A DNA stretch of 63,478 nucleotides, the filler included, from Ministeria vibrans ATCC 50519 (Eukaryota; Protista; Filasterea), in the NCBI GenBank assembly GCA_943704425.1. It is 9 parts of 9 records of this genome, joined end to end, with 100 filler letters (N's around TTAATTAATTAA, not from the genome) between each part and the next. Parts side by side here need not be neighbours in the genome. Positions count along the whole stretch, not along the records: positions 1 to 16,522 come from CALSCP010001742.1; positions 16,623 to 31,855 come from CALSCP010000801.1; 7 more parts are not named here. One strand, written 5' to 3'. Within the stretch, counting starts at the first letter, position 1; every line of letters begins with the position of its first letter. A program made the translations under genes and the position numbers. Under the pieces are notes generated by a model. That model was not told the DNA's origin and did not search any database. It saw only the letters and a program-made list of their open reading frames with translations. Positions 12,645-23,603 of this stretch are shown piece after piece.

Positions 12645-13062
12645 TCACTGACTCTCGCCTGCCTTTGCGTCAGATCCTATCGCTTTGAAAAAAAAAAAAA
12701 AAAAACGAACGAACGAGCGATGAAAAGCGCAGCAAGGACTCGTTGAGGGGCGCAACAGCAACGAAACACACCAAGGGGAACTTACCGCCCACGCATAACT
12801 CGGTGGTGGAGCAGGGGTTGGAGTTGCAGACGTTGGGCAGAGCCGTTCCACAAGTGTCGCCAGTGTATCCCTCAGCACACCAGCAGCGCGCCGCTGCGAG
12901 GTCGCACGTTCCGCCATTCTGACACGGGTTGGGTGTGCAGGACTGGATCGTGCGGCGCGAGCGCGTCAGTGGCTTATTTTCCAGCTCGGACGGAAAAATC
13001 TCAACGTGTGACGTTGCAAGTGAACCAACAGCAAAAAGAGCGACGACGAGCAGAGAGCGCAT
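12645..13062 (-). CDS. Small secreted EGF-like protein (3' structure uncertain)
   Basis: Signal peptide MRSLLVVALFAVGSLA, furin-like TRSRR, complete EGF CTPNPCQNGGTC..CWCAEGYTGDTC, then half of a second EGF before a GTAAG donor (~12785). Confidence 0.6.
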
Positions 13063-13505
13063 AGCGGAGGGGGAAAGCGACGTCTGGGGGAGGATGGGCA
13101 GTCAGCAATGGTCGACAATCAAATTCAAGGCGCGCGAAGGAAAGGGAAAGGAAAAGGAAAAAAAAATACTCTTTTGTGACTTCACACTTCTATTAAATAT
13201 TTTGAAAAATTCTTCACGTTTTTAAAAATCATTCTTTGTTTGTTTTACAGTTTCCACGCGACCCCACGCAGCATCCAGTGAGCTAGACCGCCTGGCAAAC
13301 TCTACCAACACTGAGTCTCTATTCTCTAAAGGTATTATGGGGCTCAGAAGTCAGAAGTGTGGCGAGTGTGGCAAAGCAATTCTGTCTCAGTGTGCTGATA
13401 GTAAGTAAGGTCTAAGTCAGTCAATCCTCACGTAGTACAGACCGCTCTCGAAAGATAGCACCACATCAATGATCGACCCACTGTACTTTCTCTATCGTTT
13501 TTCTT

Positions 13506-15402
13506 TTAAACCGCCGTGTGCATGGCAAAGGTGGCTGTCCGCTCTGTCGTCCTACGAGCCATCTCCGCCTTGTTCTTCTTCTTCTCGTCCAACAGTGCTG
13601 TCAGCAGTGCGTGTTGCAGCACCCCAATCCGTAGATCCATCTCCTTTCGCTCCTCCTCAAGTCGACTCAGCGTCTGTTTAATCTTCACCAAAGGACTTGC
13701 CTAAACACAGCGATCGCAATTAGTGTGTGATGTGTATGTATAATATATATATATATATATATATATAATTATATAATTTATATATAATTATATATATGTA
13801 CATGGTAATATGTGTGTGCGTGTGTGTATGTGTATGTGTGTTTATATATAATAATAACAATTATAAATTAGGATTATTTGTGTTTTACGTCTGTCATTGA
13901 GTTGCTGCGCTCTTCCATTTGCATTTTCATATCTTCCAATTCCTCAGTAACACTCGCAAGTTCGTTGGTGAGCTGCGAAACAGTCTGACTTGCCTGAAGA
14001 AAACATACACAAACAGTTTAATATGTTAGTAGAGCGAGAGAGACACACACTCAGAAGTGTCAAACCCACTCTAATTGACTCAGAACTCACAACTTGCTTG
14101 ATTACCTCTTTGTATCTTTGTTCCGTTTCCACCAGTGAATTCTGTGCACTCCGATAGTGCTGAATCTCATTCTCAAACTTACTATTGTACGTGCGCTCGC
14201 GCAGCGCAATCTTTTCCAGTGCGCTCACAATATCACTTTCCAATTTGCTCAATTGTTGTCTGAAAATAAAGATGATGAAGCCACTTAGTGTCATTAGTTC
14301 TTTGGATGTACCTTGTTTCGGCAAAACTATTGTCAATAGAGAGTCTGTGGCGTTTCATTTCCGAGAGATGTGCTCTCCAGTCCTTTTGATCCGTCTTTAA
14401 ATGAACTTTGAGCTGTGGAAGCACTCGCTCGACCTCAAGACGCCACTGCGACTGATCCACCGTGCTTGTGAGAACCCCATGGGCATCACCCGTTGCTGTG
14501 GTAGTAATATGAGAGGATGTGTGGTCTACTGCGGCGTCGTGCGTGATGTGTGCGGTGCGCTTGAGTGGGTCTACTGCACCGTTGTGGTGGTTGGTTGTAC
14601 TGGCGTGGAATGCGTCGTGCTCGTCGCCAAAGTCATCTTCGTCAATTATGTCTTCCTCCATCACGTCGTCGGCCGCACGTAGTTCGTTAGTGTCCTCTCC
14701 TCCCTTGCCTTCTCCTCCCACACCCCCCTCGCCTTCGTCGTCGTCTGGCGGATGAACCGGTTGTCGGTAGCTGAACTGTGTCTGCTCGGCGACACGATTG
14801 CACAGCTCGTGAAGCACACTGATCACAAGCTCGCCGTGACCCTGTCTCAAACGTCCAGGTGCAAAGTCAGTCGAAAGGCCCACCTAAAAACCCATATATA
14901 TAATTATATATTAAAATAATTATAATTATTATTAACATAATTATAATCTAAAAAACAAGCGAGAACACACTAACGTTGAATGTTGTTCAAAAATCGTACC
15001 TGTTTAAGAGCGCTCACCAGTTGCGACAGCGCTGCGTTGGGGTCGTCAAAACGCTCGGGAGGGTCGAAGCGTTGGCCGAGACTATTGAGAAGCCAGGCGG
15101 CAGCGACACAGAGCGTGTGGAACTGCTCAGCGGGCTGTTTTGAGGCGACGCAGAAGTAGTGGGGAGTCAAATGCGCTGCGTTGGTCGTGTTGGGCGCCTT
15201 TCCATAGCCAAGGACCATCAGTAGGTCGTACACCTCTTCGTTGGCCAGCATCACTGCGTGCGCTGGCTTGTGACTCGGCGTCGTGGACGCTGTGGCCGAT
15301 GCTGTGTCTGGTTGCTGTGGAGATGAAGTTATTGTCAATAATCGTCTCTCAACTCACAACTGAAATATGTTGTCCGTCCCCACAGTATACCTCGCTAGAC
15401 AT
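13506..15402 (-). CDS. IFT57: Intraflagellar transport protein IFT57 (HIPPI)
   Basis: Microexon MSSE (15402-15391), then ..EQF..AWL..FDDPNA..; WRLEVERVLPQLKV..KDWRAHL; LEKI..RE..N; SPLVKIKQ.L..L..E..EMDLRIGVLQH. Confidence 0.93.
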
Positions 15403-15427
15403 GATTCAAGATTCTGAGAGTGCTCTT

Positions 15428-15441
15428 GGCTTTAAGACAAC
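15428..15441. promoter_or_regulatory. Candidate RFX X-box-like site in the IFT57/IFT70 divergent promoter
   Basis: GGCTTTAAGACAAC: one good half-site (GTTGTC on the minus strand) with 14-bp X-box spacing; the other half is degenerate. Confidence 0.3.
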
Positions 15442-15511
15442 TAAAATTGAATACTTGATAAAATTTTGAAAACTATATAAAAATTAATAACTATTATTCT
15501 GTCCGTCTGGT

Positions 15512-16421
15512 ATGACGAATAGTACTATCCCGGATGGTCAAGTGACCGAAACTATCTACAGGCTGATTCGCCAGCGTGAATATGCTGAAGTCATACGAGT
15601 AATTGTTTTTTTTTTCGTTCAAAAATGCTCAAACGATTGAGACTGATTGAGCGGCGCAGATGCGTCGCTCTCAGCGCTGCCGGTCTGCTGCAGACCGTTG
15701 CTCTTACAGTTGTCTGTGTGCTGTAGACGTTGAATAGATGATTTTGGTGGTTCAAACGTGTTTTGTGTAGCATTTGTCTTTGCAGTTGGAGTTCTTTCCA
15801 AAGTCTCGAGCGGCGCTCTCTCTCCTGGGCTACTCTTACTATCAAATCCAGGACTTTCAAAGCGCCACAGACTGGTGCTAATTACGACGCACAGCGTTCC
15901 GCCTGTTCTAATGTGATTCTGTGTGTTTGTGGTTGTTTTTGTTTTGGTTGCCACAGTTACAGTCAGCTCACGACAGTTTGTCCGGAAAGCGACGAGTACA
16001 AACTGTATCTCGCTCAGTCTCTCTTCAAGGTATTTAGCATGCATATGGTGCTCTGTCTCATGACTCATTATGGCTGTCATGGTCATGGATTGACTATTGC
16101 TGCTTTGTTGGCTTGCGTAGTCGTGTCAGTATGCGGAAGCAAGTCGAGCGTGTCTGCAGATTGAGAATCCCGCCTTTACCTCTAAGGTGATGTTTTGTTG
16201 ATTGGTTGGTTTTCGCTCATGATCATTGAATACTTTGATGTGGATGGATAGGTCCGCAAACTACAAGCGGCAATCAAGTATGAGACGGACGACATTGCGG
16301 GAGCCAAGGCGATTGTGGAGAGCATGAAGAGCGAGAAGAAGCCTGACGAGGCAGGCGATGTGGTCGTCAACAGTGCCTGTCTGCTCTTCAAGGCGGGAGA
16401 CTATGAGGCCGCACTCGAACG
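15512..16421 (+). CDS. TTC30: IFT70/TTC30 (fleer/DYF-1) TPR protein, 5' part; truncated by gap
   Basis: Not in the ORF track. Spliced: MTNSTIPDGQVTETIYRLIRQREYAEVIR..SRAALSLLGYSYYQIQDF..YSQL...PE...YKLYLAQSLFK..KLQAAIKY...D..GAK..V..VNSACLLFKAGDYEAAL. Confidence 0.93.
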
Positions 16422-16454
16422 GTGACTGTGATATATATATATATATATATATAT

Positions 16455-16517
<63 letters not shown>

Positions 16518-16522
16518 ATGTT

Positions 16523-16622
16523 NNNNNNNNNNNNNNNNNNNNNNNNNNNNNNNNNNNNNNNNNNNNTTAATTAATTAANNNNNNNNNNNNNNNNNNNNNN
16601 NNNNNNNNNNNNNNNNNNNNNN
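16523..16622. other. Artificial assembly spacer (N44-TTAATTAATTAA-N44); also at 31856, 40828, 52520, 55121, 57396, 59077, 61895
   Basis: Same 100-nt pattern each time, with stops in all six frames; genes do not continue across them. Confidence 0.97.
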
Positions 16623-19600
16623 AGTACTGATTGGCGTAATAGCCACACTGTTGGCAACCGCGTGTGTCGCCGGCAGGAACATAATAGAGGTTTGGGCAAG
16701 CAGTACAGGACGCGCTGTTGAGAGAACGATAAGAGTGAGAAGTGCGGTATTTCCCAGAGTATAAGTGTACTAGTTGTTTCCAGGCGTGTAGGTGTTGGCA
16801 CCGCATGTGACGCAGCGAGCACGTCGACGGTACACATACTGTGTGAGAGAAAAAAAAAGAATGTGAGAGAAAAAAAAAGAATGTGAGAGAAAAAAAAAGA
16901 ATGTGAGAGACAGAGAGAGTAAGTGTCTGTGGGTGTTGATCGGAAACCTTCATCTTGCTGCACAGAAGACACTGCGACGAAGACGTTGACGCAGTCTGGC
17001 CTGTGATGTAGCCACTGGGACATGAGGGGCACGACCAGTAGGTAGCGGACGATGTGGGCTGGTAGCGACCTATCTGGCAAGCGGTACCTGACGGAGGAGA
17101 GTAAAGTAAAAAAGGACGTAATGAGTGAGATGTGGAACCACAAGCTGTCATTGGGGATGGTTCGTACACGACGGGTTAGTTGCCGAGACGGTGTAGTAGC
17201 CGGCGGGGCAGAAGTAGCAAGTAGTCGGGTACGTCTGAATGGTGCGCTTGCCATAGGGGCATCGGGGGCATCTGAAAGGGAAGAAGAAGAACTTATAATT
17301 ATATTCATTCATTTGCCAGGTTTGGTCAATTTATACGATGCGTAGCCGGTGCTCGGAGCGTAGTAGCCAGCGGGGCACGTGCGACACGATGTTTGAGCAT
17401 AGGAGTTTTGATAGCGTCCAGCAGCGCAGTAGGGGCATGACGAGGCGCCCGAGGACGGACCATACTGCAGAGTCATGGGTAAAATGGTGGTGGGGTTGTT
17501 TGTTTTGGTAGGTGTAGCTTACCCGTCCGGTCGGACACGTACGACAGTAGCCGGACGATGTACTGCCTGTGCTCGGGTTGTAACGCCCAGTGCCACAGTA
17601 AGTACACGAAGAGCGAGCGGTGTACTGGTTGTAGCGGCCGGCAGGACAGTATCGACTATGAATTGAAGCAAAATAAATAATAATAATAATATTATTATTA
17701 TTATAAATATAAAAGTATTATAATTATAAAAAATTAATAATAATAATAATTATAATTGGTACTTCGTTCTTTTTTTCCGCGCTGCTTACCAGTAGGATGA
17801 AGAAGTGGAGCCTGTTTGAGCGTTGTAGCGCCCCGTTGGGCAAACGGTACAGCTCGAGTAGCCAGTCCCAGCGGCATAACGACCAGCGGTGCAATAGAGA
17901 CAAGATGCCTGCCCACTTGATCCCTGATAGCGACCAGTTGGGCAATAGAGACACTGACCGACTGACTTGGCGTTCGTCGAACTGCGGTAACGACCTGCAG
18001 GGCAGGTGTAGCAAGACGAGCGACTATAGTACGGGTTATACTAAAATTGATAGAGGAACAGTATGAAAACAGAATCATGTGAGTGATGCGCGAGAAGGAC
18101 ACACAAAGAAATTACTCGGCCAGTTTGGCAGACATGGCAGCCGGTCGCAGCAGCCGGGCTATACTGTAACGGAGAAAAAAACAAACATTAAAATACACAA
18201 AAATAATATCAAGCAAAACAGGGTGACGTACTGTTCCGGGACCACACGACCGACAGCTGGCCTGGTACGATTGGTAGTTATACTAAAATCCAAGAAGCAT
18301 TGATTAATAAGACACTGAACGTTAACCCCAACAAACGATGCGGGAGAAAATCTTTTGGAGATTACGTATCCAGCGGCACAGTTTCGACAAGAACTCGTGG
18401 CTGTTGAAGCAGGCGAAAACTACAGATTAAGGGTATAGTTGAATTAGAGGAGTACAATCCGACAGACTGACCATTATTGATTAATATTATTGTTGAGACA
18501 CAGTATTTAATCTGATCAAATTGCTGATTACCTTCCCTGTGGGACAGCCAGCACACACGTAGTAGCGCCGGCGACGACGGCGCCGGCTGCCACCGCCGGT
18601 CCAGTACATGTAGTAGCCAGCAGAGCAGTAAGCACGGGTGCTGCGCTCGAGACCAGGTGCATTTGCCTCAGTATTCGTAGTGTCGAGGTCGCTGGCAGGT
18701 GACAGTGCAACATCGACATCGGCGTGTTCGTTGGCCCCAAAAATGGAGTCTTCAACCTCTGTCCATATGATCCATAAGAACAAAACAAAACGCATTGGAA
18801 CACGTCAGTGGGTCAAGTACTGACTGTACATGTGTGGGTGCGCAGGAGATGTGGTTTAAAAAAAGAGTACCTCGAAAACCCGCATCGAGCTCCGCCTTGT
18901 CGATATCGGCAGCGTCAAGTTGAAAGTTGGCTACAAAGATATATTTTGTAAGACGTACTAGAAAATTAATAATTATATAATAATAATAATAAAATTAATA
19001 ATAATTATTATTATTATTATTATAATAATTATAATTATTTTTATTATTATTATTATTATTATTAACAAAATCCGCCAATGGTACTGTACCTTCACGTCGC
19101 AAAGAAGTGGCCGCAAGCGAATCGCTCGTAGCCGCCTTGACCTCGTTTTGTGAAGAACCCGCTGTGGAAAAAGAAACCAAAACAGGGCAGGGGTTAATTA
19201 TTCGTTTCGTGACTTTTTTCTTGTACGTACCTTCACGTCGCGAAGAAGTGGCCGCAAGCGAATCGCTCGTAGCCGCCTTGACCTCGTTTTGTAAAGAACC
19301 CGCTGTGGAAAAAGAAACCAAAACAGGGCAGGGGTTAATTTTTCGTTTTGTGACTTTTTCCTGTACGTACATTCACGTCGCGAAGAAGTGGCCGCAAGCG
19401 AATCGCTCGTAGCCGCCTTGACCTCGTTTTGTGAAGAACCTGCTGATATGTATTAGAATGGAACATGTACAATTGGAATTATCATCAGCGATGTTGTGGT
19501 CATGGTAATTACCCTCAAGCTCTGAAGAAGTGGCACGAGCGAACGAGTCGCTTGAATCCCCCTTGACCTCAGAGCCAGAAGTGGCATCACGTCGCGAAGA

Positions 19601-20534
19601 AGTGGCACGAGCGAACGAGTCGCTTGAATCCCCCTTGACCTCGGATTGTGGTTCACCTTCAAAAAAGTAATAGTGTGTGTGTGTCAGGAAAAACTATAAG
19701 TATAGCTATAAAACATCAGAAAACAATCATACCAATCCCAGCATTGGCTTCCTTTAACTCAGCAATCGTTGCTGGAACACCCTCCCCGGCAACGTCAACG
19801 GCAAAGTTTTCCTAGGAAAAGGACGAAAGATGACCACAAAAATATTTTAATATTAATTATTTTTTCAAGGGATGCAGGGGACGCGTCTGGAACAGCCCCA
19901 GAAGATTTCAACTCCGTTCCAACACCATGCATAGGTATGCAAGGCCACCAAGGCGGCCATGGGTTGCAATTTACAAGCCGTATCGGCGTGCAATATATGG
20001 GCACGTGTTCGAGCGTGCTGGGCAGAGACGTCGCCCCACGCATCCAGCGTCCTGTCTGCACCGCAAACCGACCGCAGACCCTTTTTTATTGAAGAACAAA
20101 GAAAACGCGCTATACGTAACGAGTCAACATCCTACATCGCGCATATGTGCTACTCTATGCCCATACATCCTTAATGTTGAATTAGGTGGCGCTGGATGCA
20201 GTTGCAGCGTGCACAGGCAAAAAAAGGTTCAAAAAAGGCGAGGATGAAAATGAAAATGTCCGTGCATTCAGTCCGGTCACGCCGGTAGGTCCACGACCTG
20301 TGATGTTGCGACAGACACCTTGAATCTTTGGTGCGCCATAAGCAAGACCAACACACAGCGACTGAGCAGCCCAACGGCCAGGACAAAGCGAGATTTTCGA
20401 GAGACGTGATTGACGTGATACAAAACAAATACCTTCAACTCCCGAAGTTGAGTGACAGATACGGCCGCTCCGGCACCGGCCAGTTGAAGAGCCACAAGGG
20501 CAAGCGTCACCACAAAGACTGCGGTCACTCTCAT
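16623..20534 (-). CDS. Secreted/surface Cys-rich protein: signal peptide, repetitive pro-region, many CxxCPxGxY (GCC2/3-like) repeats; 3' end lost in gap
   Basis: MRVTAVFVVTLALVALQLAGAGA signal peptide; many short exons such as CYTCPAGRY..CLYCPTGRYQGSSGQASCLYCTAGRY, CRTCPAGYYAP, CPSCPSGY. Exon path between 19810 and 20430 not fully resolved. Confidence 0.72.
19090..19442 (-). repeat. Tandem ~140-bp exon+intron units (three 72-nt phase-1 exons)
   Basis: Near-identical units start at ~19090, 19231 and 19371; each exon encodes xGS(S/L)QNEVKAATSDSLAATS(S/L)RRE; the two internal introns are also near-identical. Confidence 0.95.
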
Positions 20535-21490
20535 CGCGTTGGGTCTTCAGATCGAATGAAAATCACTGAGAGTCTGGGGACTGGGTCTGAGTGAGACACG
20601 AAGTATAATCTGTGATGCCAAGCGTGGTTTTTAGCGATTTTGATCAGGTAGAGTTGGGGCAGTGCCGCTGGCTCGCTCGTTGCGCTCTAGTGTTGAGAGA
20701 AACGCATTGCCTCAATCGTGCAGCGGTTGTTTTTGTTTTTTCTGGGGAATGAGGGAAGTGCGATAAAACGTATCTATGGGGAGTTGGGGCTTCTTCATGA
20801 TCTTTTGGGTCTTATGAAGTATCTTCGCCTGGGGCGGAGTGAGTGGCGCCTCTCGTGTCACTTGTCTGGCCGTCGGGCGTGGACAGCGTCACTGTCTGAT
20901 GTCTCCGGGTCCGGGTGCTTCCACTCGACGCTCTTGTCGTTTAGATGTGTCGCTTTTCGTTATCAAATGTCTATTCATGTCGCTTTTCCTTTTTTTTCTT
21001 ATCAAAAAAAAACTTGAAGACTTTTCAAGAAGTGTTTAGGATATTAGCATTTCTGTCTCACTTATTCAGCGTGGTCTGACAACACCAACGCGCTCGTCCT
21101 CAGACGTCCTCAGTCTTGCCATTGTTTGCTTCTTGTGAATCTTGAAGGTTAAACAATCCAAAAAATGTCTCTCCTTACCACAACCCGCCTTTCAACCTGG
21201 ACAACAAGCGCACGCTACACGGCACGCACCCCTTAAGCTCCCTGCTATGCCCGCCGCGATTGCTTTTCGTGCTGTCCTCTTGAATCCTAATCGGGAAATC
21301 GCTCGCGCGTCACTCACTGCCACCACCACCACGCTGGAGCTCAACCGATCTCTCAACGTTAGCCCTCTTCATGTCCAGCTCTCTCACTTCATTCCTCCAG
21401 AAGACTCCCTCAACCTGAACTGTCCTTTGTCTCATTCTCACTTTTTCTTTTTTCTCTTTTTTTTGTGGTTTTTCTCTTGTTATGTAGATT

Positions 21491-22966
21491 ATGCGTCTCG
21501 CCATTCCCTTCGCAATCGCCGTTCTTGCCGTTGCAACGAACTCTCAAGCGACCACCGCACCAGCCCTGTCCGTCACGAACGCGGTCAATTTGACGCTTTC
21601 GTCGTCTGTTCAACTCAACGCCTCAAACGTTGAGCTGTCAGGCCGTCTTGTCGGGAGCGCGCCAGGCGCTGCTGAGGTCACCCATGCCCTTGTCAAGTCG
21701 CTCAATGCCAAGATCCAGGCCGCCAAGAAACTCGTGCAGAGCGCGGCTGAGTCCTTGGAGACGCACCACAACACCCAGCTGCACTTTCTTGAGCCAAACT
21801 CATCAGCTCGTGTGTTCAGCAGCCCTGTGGGCTTTAGTGGCATCGGTCTGACGGGTGCCGGCGCCGACTCGACGTCCTTTTCGGTGGGCGATTCAAACTA
21901 CTTGGTCTTTTGCGATCACGGCAAAGAACTGTGTCACCTCAGCGTGTCACTTGTGGGCGGCGCACAGCAGCCAATTGCCTCCTTCGCTGCTGCTTATGGT
22001 CGACCTAAGGCATTCACAGTGAGCTCTGGCACCTCGCTCATTGTCTATATTGTGGTTGCACAGGATGTCGAAGGGAGCACGTCCGCCTCGCACGCCACTC
22101 AAACACACCGCTTTGTGCCCACCACGGGCACTTTTAGTACGCTTGCCACATCGCCCGCAAGCTCGTTTTCGGCAAGCAGTGTCAGTATCATGACAATTGG
22201 CAGTACGGTGTACGCCGTGTGCACGCGACGCAAGTCAGCAGATGGCTCGTCCCGCGCGTCTACTTCGACCATCGCTGCCTTCAACGAAGCCAGTCGTGCC
22301 TGGACGCAGGTCAGCACCTTCTCGACCAATGGCGCCTCCGATTCGGCAGTGTACACCTCGGGCTCTAACACCTACGTGGTGGTGGCGCAGTCGGCCCTCG
22401 GTAACGGAGGTGGGATTGCCAATGTGGCGGTGGGTCGTCGTTCTGCTGTTGCCCAGTCGGCCGCTGTTTACTCCGTGAGCTCCAGCAATGGCGCCGTCAC
22501 CAAGCTACCCACAGTTGGCGTGGATATTCCAGCCGGTCACAAGATTGCTGTTTCACAGTTGACAACCACTACGGCCGGTATTTTGTTTGTGACGGACACC
22601 AACAAGGCACAAGCCTTTTTGGCACAGGGTGATGCATGGGTGACTGTGCCAACGTCGCCCACACTCGACGCGGCATCCGTCGTGCGCACTGCTTACCCCG
22701 TGCAGCTGGGTATCAACGCGCCCAGTCGTTATGTCGCTGTGTCATCGTCAACAACTCTCTACCTGAGCGAGTGGGATACCCTCACCGGTGAGCTGACCAT
22801 TCACACCGCCGCGCCCCTGTCTGGCGTCCACTCTCAGGCGAGCACGACCGTTCCTGCCCTGGTTGGCTCCTTTGCTGGCATTGACTCGCTCTTCCGAGCG
22901 ACGACTTTCCTCATGGTGGGCCGCACTCTCTACGGTGCTGACATTGTCTCCCTAGTCCCTTTTTAA
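21491..22966 (+). CDS. Secreted protein with EPTP/EAR-like beta-propeller repeats
   Basis: 491-aa ORF with signal peptide MRLAIPFAIAVLAVATNSQA; repeats such as WTQVSTFSTNGASDSAVYTSGSNTYVVVAQ and ASSVSIMTIGSTVYAV, ADSTSFSVGDSNYLVF. Confidence 0.65.
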   Translation: MRLAIPFAIAVLAVATNSQATTAPALSVTNAVNLTLSSSVQLNASNVELSGRLVGSAPGAAEVTHALVKSLNAKIQAAKKLVQSAAESLETHHNTQLHFLEPNSSARVFSSPVGFSGIGLTGAGADSTSFSVGDSNYLVFCDHGKELCHLSVSLVGGAQQPIASFAAAYGRPKAFTVSSGTSLIVYIVVAQDVEGSTSASHATQTHRFVPTTGTFSTLATSPASSFSASSVSIMTIGSTVYAVCTRRKSADGSSRASTSTIAAFNEASRAWTQVSTFSTNGASDSAVYTSGSNTYVVVAQSALGNGGGIANVAVGRRSAVAQSAAVYSVSSSNGAVTKLPTVGVDIPAGHKIAVSQLTTTTAGILFVTDTNKAQAFLAQGDAWVTVPTSPTLDAASVVRTAYPVQLGINAPSRYVAVSSSTTLYLSEWDTLTGELTIHTAAPLSGVHSQASTTVPALVGSFAGIDSLFRATTFLMVGRTLYGADIVSLVPF

Positions 22967-23603
22967 TCTTCATTGAGTGACAAAAATAAATAGAAGACAT
23001 TTCCAATTTTATCAATCACAAACGAAAAGCGACAACACAAACAGCTCAGAACCACTTTCTAAGCAATGAGAGCGTCGAGAGAGAGCAGAGACAGGTTGGC
23101 TGTTGGCCAAACAAGTGACGCGATAGGCACCAGATACACCATATCCTGGAGAGGGACATAAGGCTCTGCCAGCACAAAGGTAAAATAATAATTATTAATA
23201 ATAATAATTTTTATGATTTTTTTATAGAGCTGAAACACACACTATCAAATTTAATGAAAACACACTATCAAACTTAGTGATCTATTTTCTCACATCAACA
23301 ACTAAACAATCATTAAAACACAACAACAAGTAAGATACAAAACATAACAACAAACATCCAAGCAACATTACACACACAAAACGAAAAGCAACCAAACCCC
23401 TCAAATTCAAGATCAGTAAAACGCATATATAATACTCCAACAAACACAGCACGCGTCCAAAGTAACAAAGACGCACATCAAAGTCAACTGGAACCCTTAA
23501 CCTTATAAATTGGCTTGGTCAAGACATGAAATAATCAGAATAATCAGAATAATAATAATAGTAATAATAATAATACTAATAATAATTATTGTTGTATCAA
23601 AGG

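Noticed and set aside
16523-16622. Recurrent TTAATTAATTAA palindrome flanked by Ns
   Set aside because: Artificial six-frame-stop linker, not biological. It also invalidates synteny arguments across the eight spacers.
19090-19442. CRISPR-like regular repeats
   Set aside because: The intervening sequences are also near-identical and are GT-AG introns; eukaryotic context with no cas genes.
23050-23185. GC-richer island ending in a GTAA donor-like site between convergent genes
   Set aside because: Stops in the frames examined and no partner exon found.
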